Positions 19,889 through 28,293 of a stretch of 64,000 bases of DNA are shown here, piece by piece. A program made the translations under genes and the position numbers. The DNA comes from an uncultured Solirubrobacterales bacterium (lineage in GTDB: Bacteria; Actinomycetota; Thermoleophilia; Solirubrobacterales; 70-9): the NCBI GenBank assembly GCA_963849165.1, contig CAWKGJ010000003.1, positions 252,018 through 316,017 of the forward strand, in the 5' to 3' direction. Each line of letters begins with the position of its first letter. Positions within the stretch are counted from its first letter, which is position 1. Below the pieces are notes generated by a model. It ran no database searches. It had not been told where the DNA came from and was given only the letters and a program-made list of their open reading frames with translations.

Positions 19889-20343
19889 TGTCCGCAGTGT
19901 GTCCGCCCGGACAAACCACGGACACCGACCGGACGGCGTTCGGACTCTGTCTGGAGTCCGTGCGGACCCTAGACCCGACCCGACCCGACCCGACCCGAGA
20001 CCGCTCCGAAGAAGGGTCAGGGCTGTCGAATTCTACTCGGATTGATCTGGATAGCCCTAACCCTTTCCCCGCGCAGCGTGAGGTCTGGCACCACCTGACC
20101 GCCGGCCTGCGGATGCTCTCGCCGAACGATCACGGTCGCGATTGGCCGAACCCGAAACGCTCTGCGATCTGCGCCGCCCTTGCCGAGCACCCCGACGACC
20201 TCTGCATTTCCGCCGCTCGAGAAGCCCGAGAGATCGTCCAGTCCCAGGGCCGCGCGCCGAACATCACGGCGCTGTTCGAGAAGAAGCTCGCAGAGCTAGT
20301 CGAGGTGCGCAATGTGGTTCGCGGTTCGTTGGAGGCAGCGTGA
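19888..20343 (+). CDS. hypothetical phage protein (contains pentanucleotide repeat)
   Basis: ATG 19888 overlaps upstream stop; (GACCC)x5 at 19972-19996 encodes PTRPDPTR. Confidence 0.45.
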   Translation: MSAVCPPGQTTDTDRTAFGLCLESVRTLDPTRPDPTRDRSEEGSGLSNSTRIDLDSPNPFPAQREVWHHLTAGLRMLSPNDHGRDWPNPKRSAICAALAEHPDDLCISAAREAREIVQSQGRAPNITALFEKKLAELVEVRNVVRGSLEAA

Positions 20344-20687
20344 ATCCAGCCACCCTCGAAGCCCAGCGCTCCGCCAGCCTGCGCGAAGCCAACGAGGTCC
20401 GCACTCGCCGCGCAGTGCTGAAGGCAGCCATCGCCTCGGGTTGCATCACCCTCGCCGAGGCCCTGACCGCCGACCACGACTGGACCCGAACGATGCGGGT
20501 CGTGGACCTCCTGCGGGCCACCCCCGGGTTGGGGCCGGACCGAGTCAGACGCGCCAGGGTCGCCGGCAAGTTCGGCCCTTCACTGACCCTGGAGAACTTC
20601 TGCCATCGCCGCCGGCAGGAGCTACTTGCCTGGCTCTCAGTGAACTGTCCTTCGGCCCCGATCTACCCGAAGGGGGCTGGGGAGTGA
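20340..20687 (+). CDS. mIHF-like (actinobacterial integration host factor-like) DNA-binding protein
   Basis: GTG 20340 (GTGA overlap); pattern EAQRSASLREANEVRTRRAVLKAAI...MRVVDLLRATPGLGPDRV...RRRQELLAWL parallels mycobacterial mIHF. Confidence 0.55.
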   Translation: MNPATLEAQRSASLREANEVRTRRAVLKAAIASGCITLAEALTADHDWTRTMRVVDLLRATPGLGPDRVRRARVAGKFGPSLTLENFCHRRRQELLAWLSVNCPSAPIYPKGAGE

Positions 20688-20884
20688 GTCGCCGGGAGCC
20701 AATCGAGGACCACTACGGGACGCAGATCGAGGTCAACTGTGCCTTCAAGTCCGGTGGTCCGACCGTTTATTTGGAACGCCAGGGCGGCTTTGTGGAGGAA
20801 TTTGATCGTTTCACGCCCGGCCAGGCCCGAGACCTAGCCAAGCGGTTAACGGATGCAGCGGATGAGATCGAGGGGCGTTCGTGA
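20684..20884 (+). CDS. hypothetical phage protein
   Basis: 66-aa ORF, GTGA overlaps at both ends. Confidence 0.4.
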   Translation: MSRREPIEDHYGTQIEVNCAFKSGGPTVYLERQGGFVEEFDRFTPGQARDLAKRLTDAADEIEGRS

Positions 20885-21459
20885 CCAAGTTTCTCACCCG
20901 CGACTGCTCCTGCACCCACCGGACCTATAACGGCCAGAAGCGACCGGATGAATGCCCGCATGGCAACCGCTATCTGACGGAGGCCGAAGCCAAGCCGAAG
21001 GTCCGCAAACCGTTGGCCAGGAAGTCACCCCGGCGTCAGGCAGAAGAGGAGGCCGGGACCCGACCTCGCCGGCGATCAACGCTGAAGCAGGGCAAGGGCT
21101 TTCAAGCAAGTCGCGCCCAGCGCGACAAGGTCCGGGGGCTGCCCTGCCTGGGTTGCCGCCAGGAGATCCCCGTCGACCCCGCCCACATCTGGCCCCAGGG
21201 GAAAGGCGGCTGCGACCACTCCGACTGCGTCATCCCCCTCTGTCGTACCTGCCATCGGTCGTTTGACGAAGGCAAGCTCGAACTCCTCGAGCGCCTAGCC
21301 GGAACCGAGGCATGGGCCGAGGAGCAGGCACACCCGATCCTCGTCCACGGTGTGAGCCCGGTCGAACTGGTCCGGCGCCTCAGCGGTGGCGCGTACGAAT
21401 TTGTCAAGCGATCCGATCTTCCTCTTTCAAACCACAACGAAAGGAACAGAGATGCCTAG
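20881..21459 (+). CDS. Cys-rich HNH/zinc-finger nuclease-like protein
   Basis: LPCLGCR...VDPAHIWPQGKGGCDHSDCVIPLCRTCHRSFDEG. Confidence 0.5.
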   Translation: MTKFLTRDCSCTHRTYNGQKRPDECPHGNRYLTEAEAKPKVRKPLARKSPRRQAEEEAGTRPRRRSTLKQGKGFQASRAQRDKVRGLPCLGCRQEIPVDPAHIWPQGKGGCDHSDCVIPLCRTCHRSFDEGKLELLERLAGTEAWAEEQAHPILVHGVSPVELVRRLSGGAYEFVKRSDLPLSNHNERNRDA

Positions 21460-21898
21460 GCGTGCTCCCGGCTTTATGACCCGCGTGGCGACCACTTCGC
21501 ACGGATGCTGGGAGTGGATCGGTCCTCGGGATCGCTTGGGCTACGGGCGCCATGGCTCGGTGCTTGGCATTCGACTATTCGGGACCTCGCTTGCCCACCG
21601 GATCATGTACGCCATCGCAACGGGAGACCTGCCGCCGGTCCTCGACCACCTCTGCCGCAATCGCGCCTGCGTCAACCCGGCGCATCTTGAGCCGGTTGCC
21701 CAAGCCGAGAACGTTAGGCGGGGCATCTCAGGAACCGTCAACGGAGCGCGGCAACGGGCAAGGGCCCATTGCAAACGGGGCCACGAGTTTACCCCAGATA
21801 ACACCTACATCTACCCCAATGGTGATCGCGCGTGCCGAGAGTGCGCCCGCATGCACCGTCAACGACGGGAATCCCGTCAGAAGGAGACACGACGATGA
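21452..21898 (+). CDS. HNH homing-type endonuclease
   Basis: CWEWIGPRDRLGYG...VLDHLCRNRACVNPAHLE motif typical of phage HNH_3 proteins; C-terminal zinc ribbon CKRGH...CRECAR. Confidence 0.8.
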   Translation: MPRRAPGFMTRVATTSHGCWEWIGPRDRLGYGRHGSVLGIRLFGTSLAHRIMYAIATGDLPPVLDHLCRNRACVNPAHLEPVAQAENVRRGISGTVNGARQRARAHCKRGHEFTPDNTYIYPNGDRACRECARMHRQRRESRQKETRR

Positions 21899-22248
21899 AC
21901 GTAGGACAGCTCAGACAGGGAGATATTCTGCTCGTGCCGGTCAAGGATCTGCCGGATGGGCTCAAAGAGGTACCCCGCCAGAAAGGCCGGATCGTCCTCG
22001 CAGAGGGCGAGATTACGGGCCACTTCCACGCAATCGAGGACGAGGCCGCCACGTTCCTTGTCAAGAACCTGGAGGAGGTCGAGGGTCGGTTCCTCGTTAT
22101 CGAGGCAGAGGCCATTACGGCCGAGGCTGCCGGAGTAGACCTGGTCCACCCGGAGCACGACACGATCACCCTGGCCCCAGGCAACTACGAGGTTCGCAGG
22201 CAGCGCGAGTACAGCGAGGCGGGCGGAATCAATCTGGTAGCCGACTGA
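21895..22248 (+). CDS. hypothetical phage protein
   Basis: 117-aa ORF (MNVGQLRQGDILLVP...GEITGHFHAI), ATGA couplings. Confidence 0.5.
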   Translation: MNVGQLRQGDILLVPVKDLPDGLKEVPRQKGRIVLAEGEITGHFHAIEDEAATFLVKNLEEVEGRFLVIEAEAITAEAAGVDLVHPEHDTITLAPGNYEVRRQREYSEAGGINLVAD

Positions 22249-23609
22249 TGGCGACGGCCACCAAGAAGAAGGTCCGCACCGACCCCCTTACCGCTACCGA
22301 GCAGCGAGCCCTAGAGGCCGCTCGTTCGGAGTGGTTGGGCCACGGACTCTCCACTGAGCCGGCCGATAGGCAACAGGCGGAGGCGGGAGCCAAAGCGCTG
22401 TACGCGGTCATGGGTCTCAAGGAGCCGATGATCATCTGGATGGAGTCACCGCTAGGCGGCGCTTGCGCTGCCGCATGGTTCGAGGAGGTGATGAAGAACC
22501 GCGACTTCCGGGATCTGATCGGGGATCAGATCGGGGGTCAGATCCGGGGTCAGATCGGGGGTCAGATCCGGGGTCAGATCGGGGGTCAGATCGGGGATCA
22601 GATCGGGGATCAGATCCGGGATCAGATCCGGGGTCAGATCTGGGGTCAGATCTGGGGTCAGATCGGGGGTCAGATCGGGGATCAGATCGGGGATCAGATC
22701 GGGGATCAGATCCGGGGTCAGATCTGGGATCAGATCGGGGATCAGATCTGGGGTCAGATCCGGGGTCAGATCCGGGGTCAGATCCGGGGTCAGATCCGGG
22801 GTCAGATCTGGGATCAGATCGGGGGTCAGATCGGGGGTCAGATCGGGGGTCAGATCCGGGGTCAGATCCGGGGTCAGATCGGGGGTCAGATCGGGGGTCA
22901 GATCCGAAACGCTTGGTGGGGCCAGCACGAAGCCGGCTGGATCGCTTGGGCGCGTTTCGCTCGGGAGGTAGGGGCCACCTACGACAAGCACCTCGACCGT
23001 GGCCTAGAGGCGATGTCACTCATTGCCCGTTCCAGCGGATGGTGGTGGCCCCGGGAGGGTGTTGTCATCCTCACTGAGCGCCCACAGCACGTTCACCGCG
23101 ACCCAGCCAGTCGCCTTCATAGCGATGAGGGACCGGCAATCATCTACCCAGATGGTTGGGGCGTTTGGGCCTGGCATGGAGTCCGTGTCGAGCAAGAGAT
23201 CATCGAGGACCCAAAGGCCCTCACGGTCGAGCGGATCACCAAGGAGTCAAACACCGAGCTCCGGCGCTGCTACATGGAGATCTTCGGGGCGGCGGACTAC
23301 ATGGCTGCTGCCGGCGGCGAGCTGATCGACAAGGTCCGCGAGCCGGACTTTCCGGGTCTGATTGATGCCGAGTTGTGGCGGATGCCCAACCCTGAAGGCG
23401 GAGAGCCATTCGTCTGCGTCAAGTGCCGGAACTCGACCCCGGAGCCAGACGGCTCGCACAAGAATTACCACCTCTGGGTCCACCCGCAACTGCGTCCGCT
23501 ATTGCCAGACGACACGCTAGGCGATCCGCAGGAGCTCACTGCACACAACGCCCTCGCCAGCACTTACGGCGAACGCGGCGAGACCTACAGGCCGCTGGTC
23601 GAGTCGTGA
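22248..23609 (+). CDS. repeat-containing phage protein: N-domain, 32 x [G/R/W][G/D]QI, conserved C-terminal domain of unknown function
   Basis: ATG 22248 overlaps upstream TGA; C-terminal [15 protein letters not shown]...[23 protein letters not shown]...NTELRR resembles a widespread DUF (recalled as DUF6745-like, low certainty). Confidence 0.7.
   Translation: MATATKKKVRTDPLTATEQRALEAARSEWLGHGLSTEPADRQQAEAGAKALYAVMGLKEPMIIWMESPLGGACAAAWFEEVMKNRDFRDLIGDQIGGQIRGQIGGQIRGQIGGQIGDQIGDQIRDQIRGQIWGQIWGQIGGQIGDQIGDQIGDQIRGQIWDQIGDQIWGQIRGQIRGQIRGQIRGQIWDQIGGQIGGQIGGQIRGQIRGQIGGQIGGQIRNAWWGQHEAGWIAWARFAREVGATYDKHLDRGLEAMSLIARSSGWWWPREGVVILTERPQHVHRDPASRLHSDEGPAIIYPDGWGVWAWHGVRVEQEIIEDPKALTVERITKESNTELRRCYMEIFGAADYMAAAGGELIDKVREPDFPGLIDAELWRMPNPEGGEPFVCVKCRNSTPEPDGSHKNYHLWVHPQLRPLLPDDTLGDPQELTAHNALASTYGERGETYRPLVES
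22521..22904 (+). repeat. 32 perfect tandem copies of the 12-nt unit [G/C/T]GGG[G/A]TCAGATC
   Basis: Counted unit by unit; only nt 1 and nt 5 of the unit vary; 42 GATC sites. Confidence 0.95.
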
Positions 23610-23842
23610 TCTCACCAGCCATGAAAGCGGCAGAGCGGGCTAGGAAGAAATTCCAGCCCGCCTCTGCCCCGCAGCGCAGGACACTGGCAAGGCTCTCGAA
23701 GAGGGCCGGCATTGAGCTACCCCAGGTCCGCACCAAGAAGCAGGCCGGCAAGGCCCTTGATGGTCTTGAAGCCTTTCTCTCCTCTCCACCGCAGTTGGAG
23801 GGGTTCAGCAGCTCTACAGATCCAACCGGGGGTGGGAAGTGA
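23606..23842 (+). CDS. hypothetical phage protein
   Basis: GTG 23606 (GTGA overlap) or ATG 23621; basic 73-78 aa. Confidence 0.4.
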   Translation: MISPAMKAAERARKKFQPASAPQRRTLARLSKRAGIELPQVRTKKQAGKALDGLEAFLSSPPQLEGFSSSTDPTGGGK

Positions 23843-25554
23843 GCTGGGAGATCCGCCAAGGCGACGCGCTCGATCGACTACGCGAAATGCCCGACGAATC
23901 GGTCCAGTGCTGCGTCACCAGCCCGCCCTACTGGGGGTTGAGGGACTACGGGGTCGACGGACAGATGGGCCTCGAGGCGACGCCCGAGGAGTTCGTGGCG
24001 CAGCTGATTGAAGTCTTCGCTGAGGTGCGGCGTGTCCTGCGGAGCGATGGCACGCTCTGGCTGAACATCGGGGACAGTTACGCAGGGTCTTGGGGCGCGC
24101 AGAGCCGAGAGCACGCTGGCATGCATGCGCCGAATGTCTCGGCTATCTCGGCCAATCAGACCAAGGCGGCCCGCCGTCAGACGCACACCGGCGCCATTCC
24201 CCCGGGCACTGGCCTCAAGCCGAAGGATCTCGTCGGCATCCCGTGGAGGTCGGCTCTAGCCCTATGCGCCGACGGCTGGTATCTGCGCAGCGACACGATT
24301 GAGGAGGTCGAGCTCTACTGCCCATGTGGATGCGGCCACGTCATGGAGGAGCGGATCTGGCGGCACTCACCCGATCGGGAGATCATATGGAGCAAGCCGA
24401 ACCCGATGCCGGAGAGCGTCACCGACCGACCGACGCGGGCCCACGAGTACCTTTTCCTGTTCACGAAGTCGCGGCGCTACTTCTACGACGCCGACGCGAT
24501 CCGAGAGCCTGCGACCTTCGCCGGACCCAACGGCGCTCAGAAGAGTCCGCATAGTCAGGGCTTCGGTCGACGGAGTCCCGAGGAGGAGAAGGTCCGCCAA
24601 GACAAGCAGCGTGGTCACGGTCGACGCCATGACGGCTTCAACGACCGCTGGGACGCGATGACGAAGGACGAGCAGCAGGCGCTGGGCCGCAACAAACGTT
24701 CCGTCTGGACGATCGCCAAGAAGCCGTTCAGCGGCTGGCGACTAGGCGACCGTCGGGTCCGTGTTCCTGCGGATGCCGCCGACGGTGACACGGAGCGCAT
24801 AACGTCAGCAGATTGTCCAGTGCATGGGGATCATCCTGCCCTGGCTCCCACGGCGTCAGGTGGTGGACATGGAGACGATCCGTCGCGTCGCAGTCCTGGC
24901 AGCGATGACCGTCCCGTTCCAGCGCCGCGAGGCGAGCGCGCTCCCACTGACCGGCGCCCCGCGCCGAGCTCTGGGCCTGAAAGTTCGGGTTCGCCTGACC
25001 CTTCGTGTTCTCCCGCTGCCACGCCCCATAGCAGTCGAAGCCGCAAAACGGACCGCGATCCTGGGACCAGGCAGCCATATACGCCTTTCGCTCGAACTGC
25101 GTGCCGCACTGGCGACACGTCAGGGTCACCCGCGTCCGCTGCGCCGCATCGCGGCACGCCCGAGAGCAGAACCGAGCAGGACGATTCGCCCGATCCTCGC
25201 GAGTCTGAAAGTCCGAACCGCACTGTTCACACGTCTTCGTCTTCAGGCGCCCCGGCATGTACTTGCGAGTTCTACAAGGTCAGCCGGATTGACCACTTCG
25301 CCACTTTCCCGCCCGACCTAGTCGAGCCCTGCATCCTCGCCGGCAGCGCCGAGGGCGACACGGTCCTCGACCCCTTCGCCGGCGCGTCAACCACGGGTCT
25401 CGTTGCCCTCCGCCACAACCGCTCCTTCATCGGTATCGAGCTGAACCCGGACTACGTCGAACTCGGACGGCGCCGCATCCTCGACGACGCACCGCTGCTC
25501 AACACGCCAGCGGAGATCTCTGAGCCCCCCATACTGAGAGCGGTCGGCCAGTGA
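23839..25554 (+). CDS. DNA methyltransferase (beta-class N4/N6, SPPY type) carrying a ~180-aa low-complexity insertion
   Basis: CVTSPPYWGLRDYG catalytic motif; KRSVWTIAKKPFSG; C-terminal HFATFPPDLVEPCI...VLDPFAGASTTG AdoMet motif; continuous 571-aa ORF. Confidence 0.75.
   Translation: MSWEIRQGDALDRLREMPDESVQCCVTSPPYWGLRDYGVDGQMGLEATPEEFVAQLIEVFAEVRRVLRSDGTLWLNIGDSYAGSWGAQSREHAGMHAPNVSAISANQTKAARRQTHTGAIPPGTGLKPKDLVGIPWRSALALCADGWYLRSDTIEEVELYCPCGCGHVMEERIWRHSPDREIIWSKPNPMPESVTDRPTRAHEYLFLFTKSRRYFYDADAIREPATFAGPNGAQKSPHSQGFGRRSPEEEKVRQDKQRGHGRRHDGFNDRWDAMTKDEQQALGRNKRSVWTIAKKPFSGWRLGDRRVRVPADAADGDTERITSADCPVHGDHPALAPTASGGGHGDDPSRRSPGSDDRPVPAPRGERAPTDRRPAPSSGPESSGSPDPSCSPAATPHSSRSRKTDRDPGTRQPYTPFARTACRTGDTSGSPASAAPHRGTPESRTEQDDSPDPRESESPNRTVHTSSSSGAPACTCEFYKVSRIDHFATFPPDLVEPCILAGSAEGDTVLDPFAGASTTGLVALRHNRSFIGIELNPDYVELGRRRILDDAPLLNTPAEISEPPILRAVGQ
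24728..25258 (-). CDS. HNH endonuclease nested antisense inside the methyltransferase ORF
   Basis: RDGHRCQDCDATDRLHVHHLTPW...NLLTLCAPCHRRRH plus N-terminal CxxC zinc-ribbon pairs. Confidence 0.7.
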   Translation of the reverse strand: MPGRLKTKTCEQCGSDFQTREDRANRPARFCSRACRDAAQRTRVTLTCRQCGTQFERKAYMAAWSQDRGPFCGFDCYGAWQRENTKGQANPNFQAQSSARGAGQWERARLAALERDGHRCQDCDATDRLHVHHLTPWEPGQDDPHALDNLLTLCAPCHRRRHPQEHGPDGRLVASR

Positions 25555-26231
25555 AGCCGCGCCTCCTCGACCTCTTCTGCGGCGCCGGCGGCTGCACCAA
25601 GGGCTATCAGGAAGCCGGCTTCTACGTGGTCGGAGTGGACATCGAGCCGCAGCCGAACTACTGCGGGGACGAGTTCCACCAAGACGATGCACTCTTTCGT
25701 CTCCGACACGACCTCCGCTGGCACAAGAGCAACGACTTCCGTTCATTCGACGCTATCCACGCTTCACCGCCCTGTCAGGCCAGCACGTCGCTTCGCAGTC
25801 TCCACCCTGACCGTGAGCACCCCGAACTGATTCCGGAGACCCGCGAGCTGCTGAGCGCGACCGGCCTTTCCTACGTCATCGAGAATGTCCCTGGTGCAGC
25901 CCTCCGTGACCCCGTCCTGCTTGAGGGTCAGATGTTCCAGGGACTGAGGACGCGCAGACCGCGTTACTTCGAGACGAACTGGCCGTTAGAGGTGCCGTTC
26001 TTCCGGGAACCCTGCTCCACGCCGCATGCTCCGCTCGGAGTCAAGCCAAAGCATTACGAGTGGATGCACGTAGTTGGCCACGTGAACCTGCCCGAGGCTC
26101 GCGAGGCGATGGGAATCGACTGGATGGGCCAGAAAGAAATCGCCCAAGCGATTCCGCCCGCCTACACCCGTTTCATCGGCGAGCAGCTTCTTGAGCACGT
26201 TCAGACCCGCGCCCTGGAGCAAGCAGCGTGA
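25551..26231 (+). CDS. DNA (cytosine-5)-methyltransferase, compact form
   Basis: Motif I DLFCGAGG, motif IV SPPCQ, motif VI ENVPG, RTRRPRYFE, motif X AIPPAYTRFIG. Confidence 0.85.
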   Translation: MKPRLLDLFCGAGGCTKGYQEAGFYVVGVDIEPQPNYCGDEFHQDDALFRLRHDLRWHKSNDFRSFDAIHASPPCQASTSLRSLHPDREHPELIPETRELLSATGLSYVIENVPGAALRDPVLLEGQMFQGLRTRRPRYFETNWPLEVPFFREPCSTPHAPLGVKPKHYEWMHVVGHVNLPEAREAMGIDWMGQKEIAQAIPPAYTRFIGEQLLEHVQTRALEQAA

Positions 26232-26473
26232 CCCCCCCCGTACTCGACGCCTCCGGCAACCAGCTAGAGGCCGGGATGCGAGCGAACCTCCACGGCCGAA
26301 GAGGAACCGTAGGCGAAACGGTGCTCGGGGTGCTCGGAGACGACGGCGGTCGCTTCGTCTACTTCCTCCCCGACCTCGTCCCCGACCCGGTGCCCTGCTG
26401 GGTCAGTCCTGGGACGAATCGAGCCCTTGACCTGAAAGCAGTACTTACCCCTGACCCTGAGGAGAAGCGATGA
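26228..26473 (+). CDS. hypothetical phage protein
   Basis: 81-aa ORF, GTGA/ATGA couplings. Confidence 0.45.
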   Translation: MTPPVLDASGNQLEAGMRANLHGRRGTVGETVLGVLGDDGGRFVYFLPDLVPDPVPCWVSPGTNRALDLKAVLTPDPEEKR

Positions 26474-27375
26474 AAACGGCCACCCCCCTCCACACCGTAG
26501 TCACCGCCCTAGAGCAGATGTCCTGTCGGGATCTCGTCAATGCAGGCTTGACGAAGCAGCAGATTGCCGAGGCCCGGGGGGCACTCTCTGGGCCAGCCCA
26601 GGATGGCGTAGAGCGGCTACGAGAGAAGCTGGGCGACGCGATCGAAGACGCCTATTGCGCCCCGGTGCGGCCGCCCGTCGAGGGCGAGGACCCGGCGACC
26701 GTTCGCGGCCTCGCCCGGAGCGCCGTCGTCGCTGACCCCGACCGGATGCGTCACCTCGCTGGGATCACGAAGGCGGCCTGGGAGATCGTCGCCCCCGCCC
26801 CAGACGTAGAGCGTCTAGGTGGGGAGGAGGGGCAGTGCCCCTGTCACGCGGGGCGAGAGGCCGCGATGGTCGAGGCGTCCCCCGGCGCCTGGTGTGACCC
26901 CTTTCCTGGCGATCTCGCGCAGCCGTATAAACGCAGCGGCTACGAGGTCCGCGGTTACCTGCCGCGTCCGACCGCCGAGAACCAGCCCGCTTCCCCTTCC
27001 GAGGAGGGGCTGACCAGCGGCGATATCGGCGGCCTGCTCGAAGCCATCGACTGCCGTCTGGGCGGCCCGGACCCCCTGAAGAATGGGCAGGTGCGGCGAT
27101 ACGGCGAGATCAGGGCGAAGCTCTCCGCTGCCGTGGCGAGCCGCCAACTCGACGCACTTCTTACCGATGAGCCCGCTTCCCCTTCACCAGTAGAGGAGGG
27201 TGACTGGCCGGAGATCACGCTGGTTAGGGCGGTCCCTCGGAGCGCGTCGAACTACACGCGGGCCTACATCGACGAGGAGCCGCCCCTCAGGGAGCGCTTT
27301 GACCCAGAGCTTTACGAGGTCCGCCGCTACGTCCCCGCCACTTCAGATCAAGAGGCTGGAGAGGTGGAGGGATGA
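26470..27375 (+). CDS. hypothetical phage protein with internal duplication
   Basis: 301 aa; YEVRGYLPRP...PASPSEEG repeated as YEVRRYVPAT / PASPSPVEEG. Confidence 0.5.
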   Translation: MKTATPLHTVVTALEQMSCRDLVNAGLTKQQIAEARGALSGPAQDGVERLREKLGDAIEDAYCAPVRPPVEGEDPATVRGLARSAVVADPDRMRHLAGITKAAWEIVAPAPDVERLGGEEGQCPCHAGREAAMVEASPGAWCDPFPGDLAQPYKRSGYEVRGYLPRPTAENQPASPSEEGLTSGDIGGLLEAIDCRLGGPDPLKNGQVRRYGEIRAKLSAAVASRQLDALLTDEPASPSPVEEGDWPEITLVRAVPRSASNYTRAYIDEEPPLRERFDPELYEVRRYVPATSDQEAGEVEG

Positions 27376-27767
27376 AGGGACGGTCGAACTACGACACGGA
27401 CCAGCCCTGGGTCGTCTACCACTACGGCTTGACCCATGACCGCTACTGGCCGCCGTGGCGCTCGACGCGAGTCCTGGGCGTCGCCAAGGTCAAATGTGAG
27501 TGCGCTGTCTGCGGTGAGGTGCGTGTTGTCAAGGCTCAAATCCCCCGGTTCGGTGATCCGAACCCGAGCGGCGCGCATCACCCCGAACGCCTCCGCTTCC
27601 TGCTTGACCACCTTCACAGCGACCGCCCATCGCCGATGGCGTGGGCAAAGCCCCTGCTGAATCCTGCGGCGCACCCCGGGGGCCGGATTGACCTTGATGC
27701 GCTCGCCCTTCGACTCGAAGCCGACCTAGCCGCCGCCACCCTCGACTCCTCAGGGGAGAAGGACTGA
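27372..27767 (+). CDS. hypothetical phage protein
   Basis: 131 aa; CECAVCG motif. Confidence 0.5.
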   Translation: MKGRSNYDTDQPWVVYHYGLTHDRYWPPWRSTRVLGVAKVKCECAVCGEVRVVKAQIPRFGDPNPSGAHHPERLRFLLDHLHSDRPSPMAWAKPLLNPAAHPGGRIDLDALALRLEADLAAATLDSSGEKD

Positions 27768-28138
27768 TGGCGATCCCGAAATCCCTCGGCGAGGTCCCTT
27801 GGGGAGAGCCGGAGCAATGCCCCACCTGCACCGGCGAGGTCCGCCGCCGCGAATACGAAGGCACCACCGAGTTCGACCCGATTCGACTCGACCCGACCGA
27901 TATCGAGGAGTGCCTACGCGTCGCCGAGATTTTCGTCGGGTTCGTCCGCGACAGCGTCAACACGCTCAACAGCTTGGACGACGAGGGCGCGGATGTGCTC
28001 GGCGCCGACGCCAAGCGCCTGCTGATTCTCTGGACCCGGTTCTCCACGATCGCCCAAGCGCGGGTAGAACGAGCTCGGGCCGCAGCTGAGGGGCGGACAC
28101 AGGAAGAGCCTCCTGCTGGCGAGGAGCGTGCCCGATGA
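27767..28138 (+). CDS. hypothetical acidic phage protein
   Basis: 123 aa; CPTC motif; ATGA couplings. Confidence 0.5.
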   Translation: MAIPKSLGEVPWGEPEQCPTCTGEVRRREYEGTTEFDPIRLDPTDIEECLRVAEIFVGFVRDSVNTLNSLDDEGADVLGADAKRLLILWTRFSTIAQARVERARAAAEGRTQEEPPAGEERAR

Positions 28139-28293
28139 ACGGGATTAAGGAGGTCACCGCCGTCCCAGATAAGCAGTGCGACGGCAACGGCACGATCTGG
28201 GTCCCGGTGCTCAAGCTCGGTCGCATCGCATCCGACCCGATTCGCTGCCCCGGGTGTCCTGCGTGTCGGTCGAAGCAGGAGAAGGCACAGTGA
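28135..28293 (+). CDS. hypothetical 52-aa Cys-rich protein
   Basis: ATG 28135 overlaps upstream TGA; CPGCPAC motif. Confidence 0.35.
   Translation: MNGIKEVTAVPDKQCDGNGTIWVPVLKLGRIASDPIRCPGCPACRSKQEKAQ

Noticed and set aside
22521-22904. The 12-nt array as a CRISPR or other spacer-containing array
   Set aside because: The units abut directly with no spacers, the unit is far too short, there is no leader and no cas genes, and the array lies in frame inside a CDS.
22432-23077. ORFs encoding SDPR/DLTP/GSDR repeats on both strands across the 12-nt array
   Set aside because: They exist only because the repeat unit has no stop codon in any frame. The flanking sequence gives them no start context or domains, whereas the 22248-23609 frame has real N- and C-terminal domains.
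24700-25290. The methyltransferase insert as an intein or group I/II intron
   Set aside because: There are no intein junction residues (no Cys/Ser/Thr at the N-junction, no His-Asn plus Cys/Ser/Thr at the C-junction) and no intein blocks in the plus-strand translation. The nuclease ORF is antisense, and I could see no intron-like conserved structure. Only a covariance-model search would settle the intron question.
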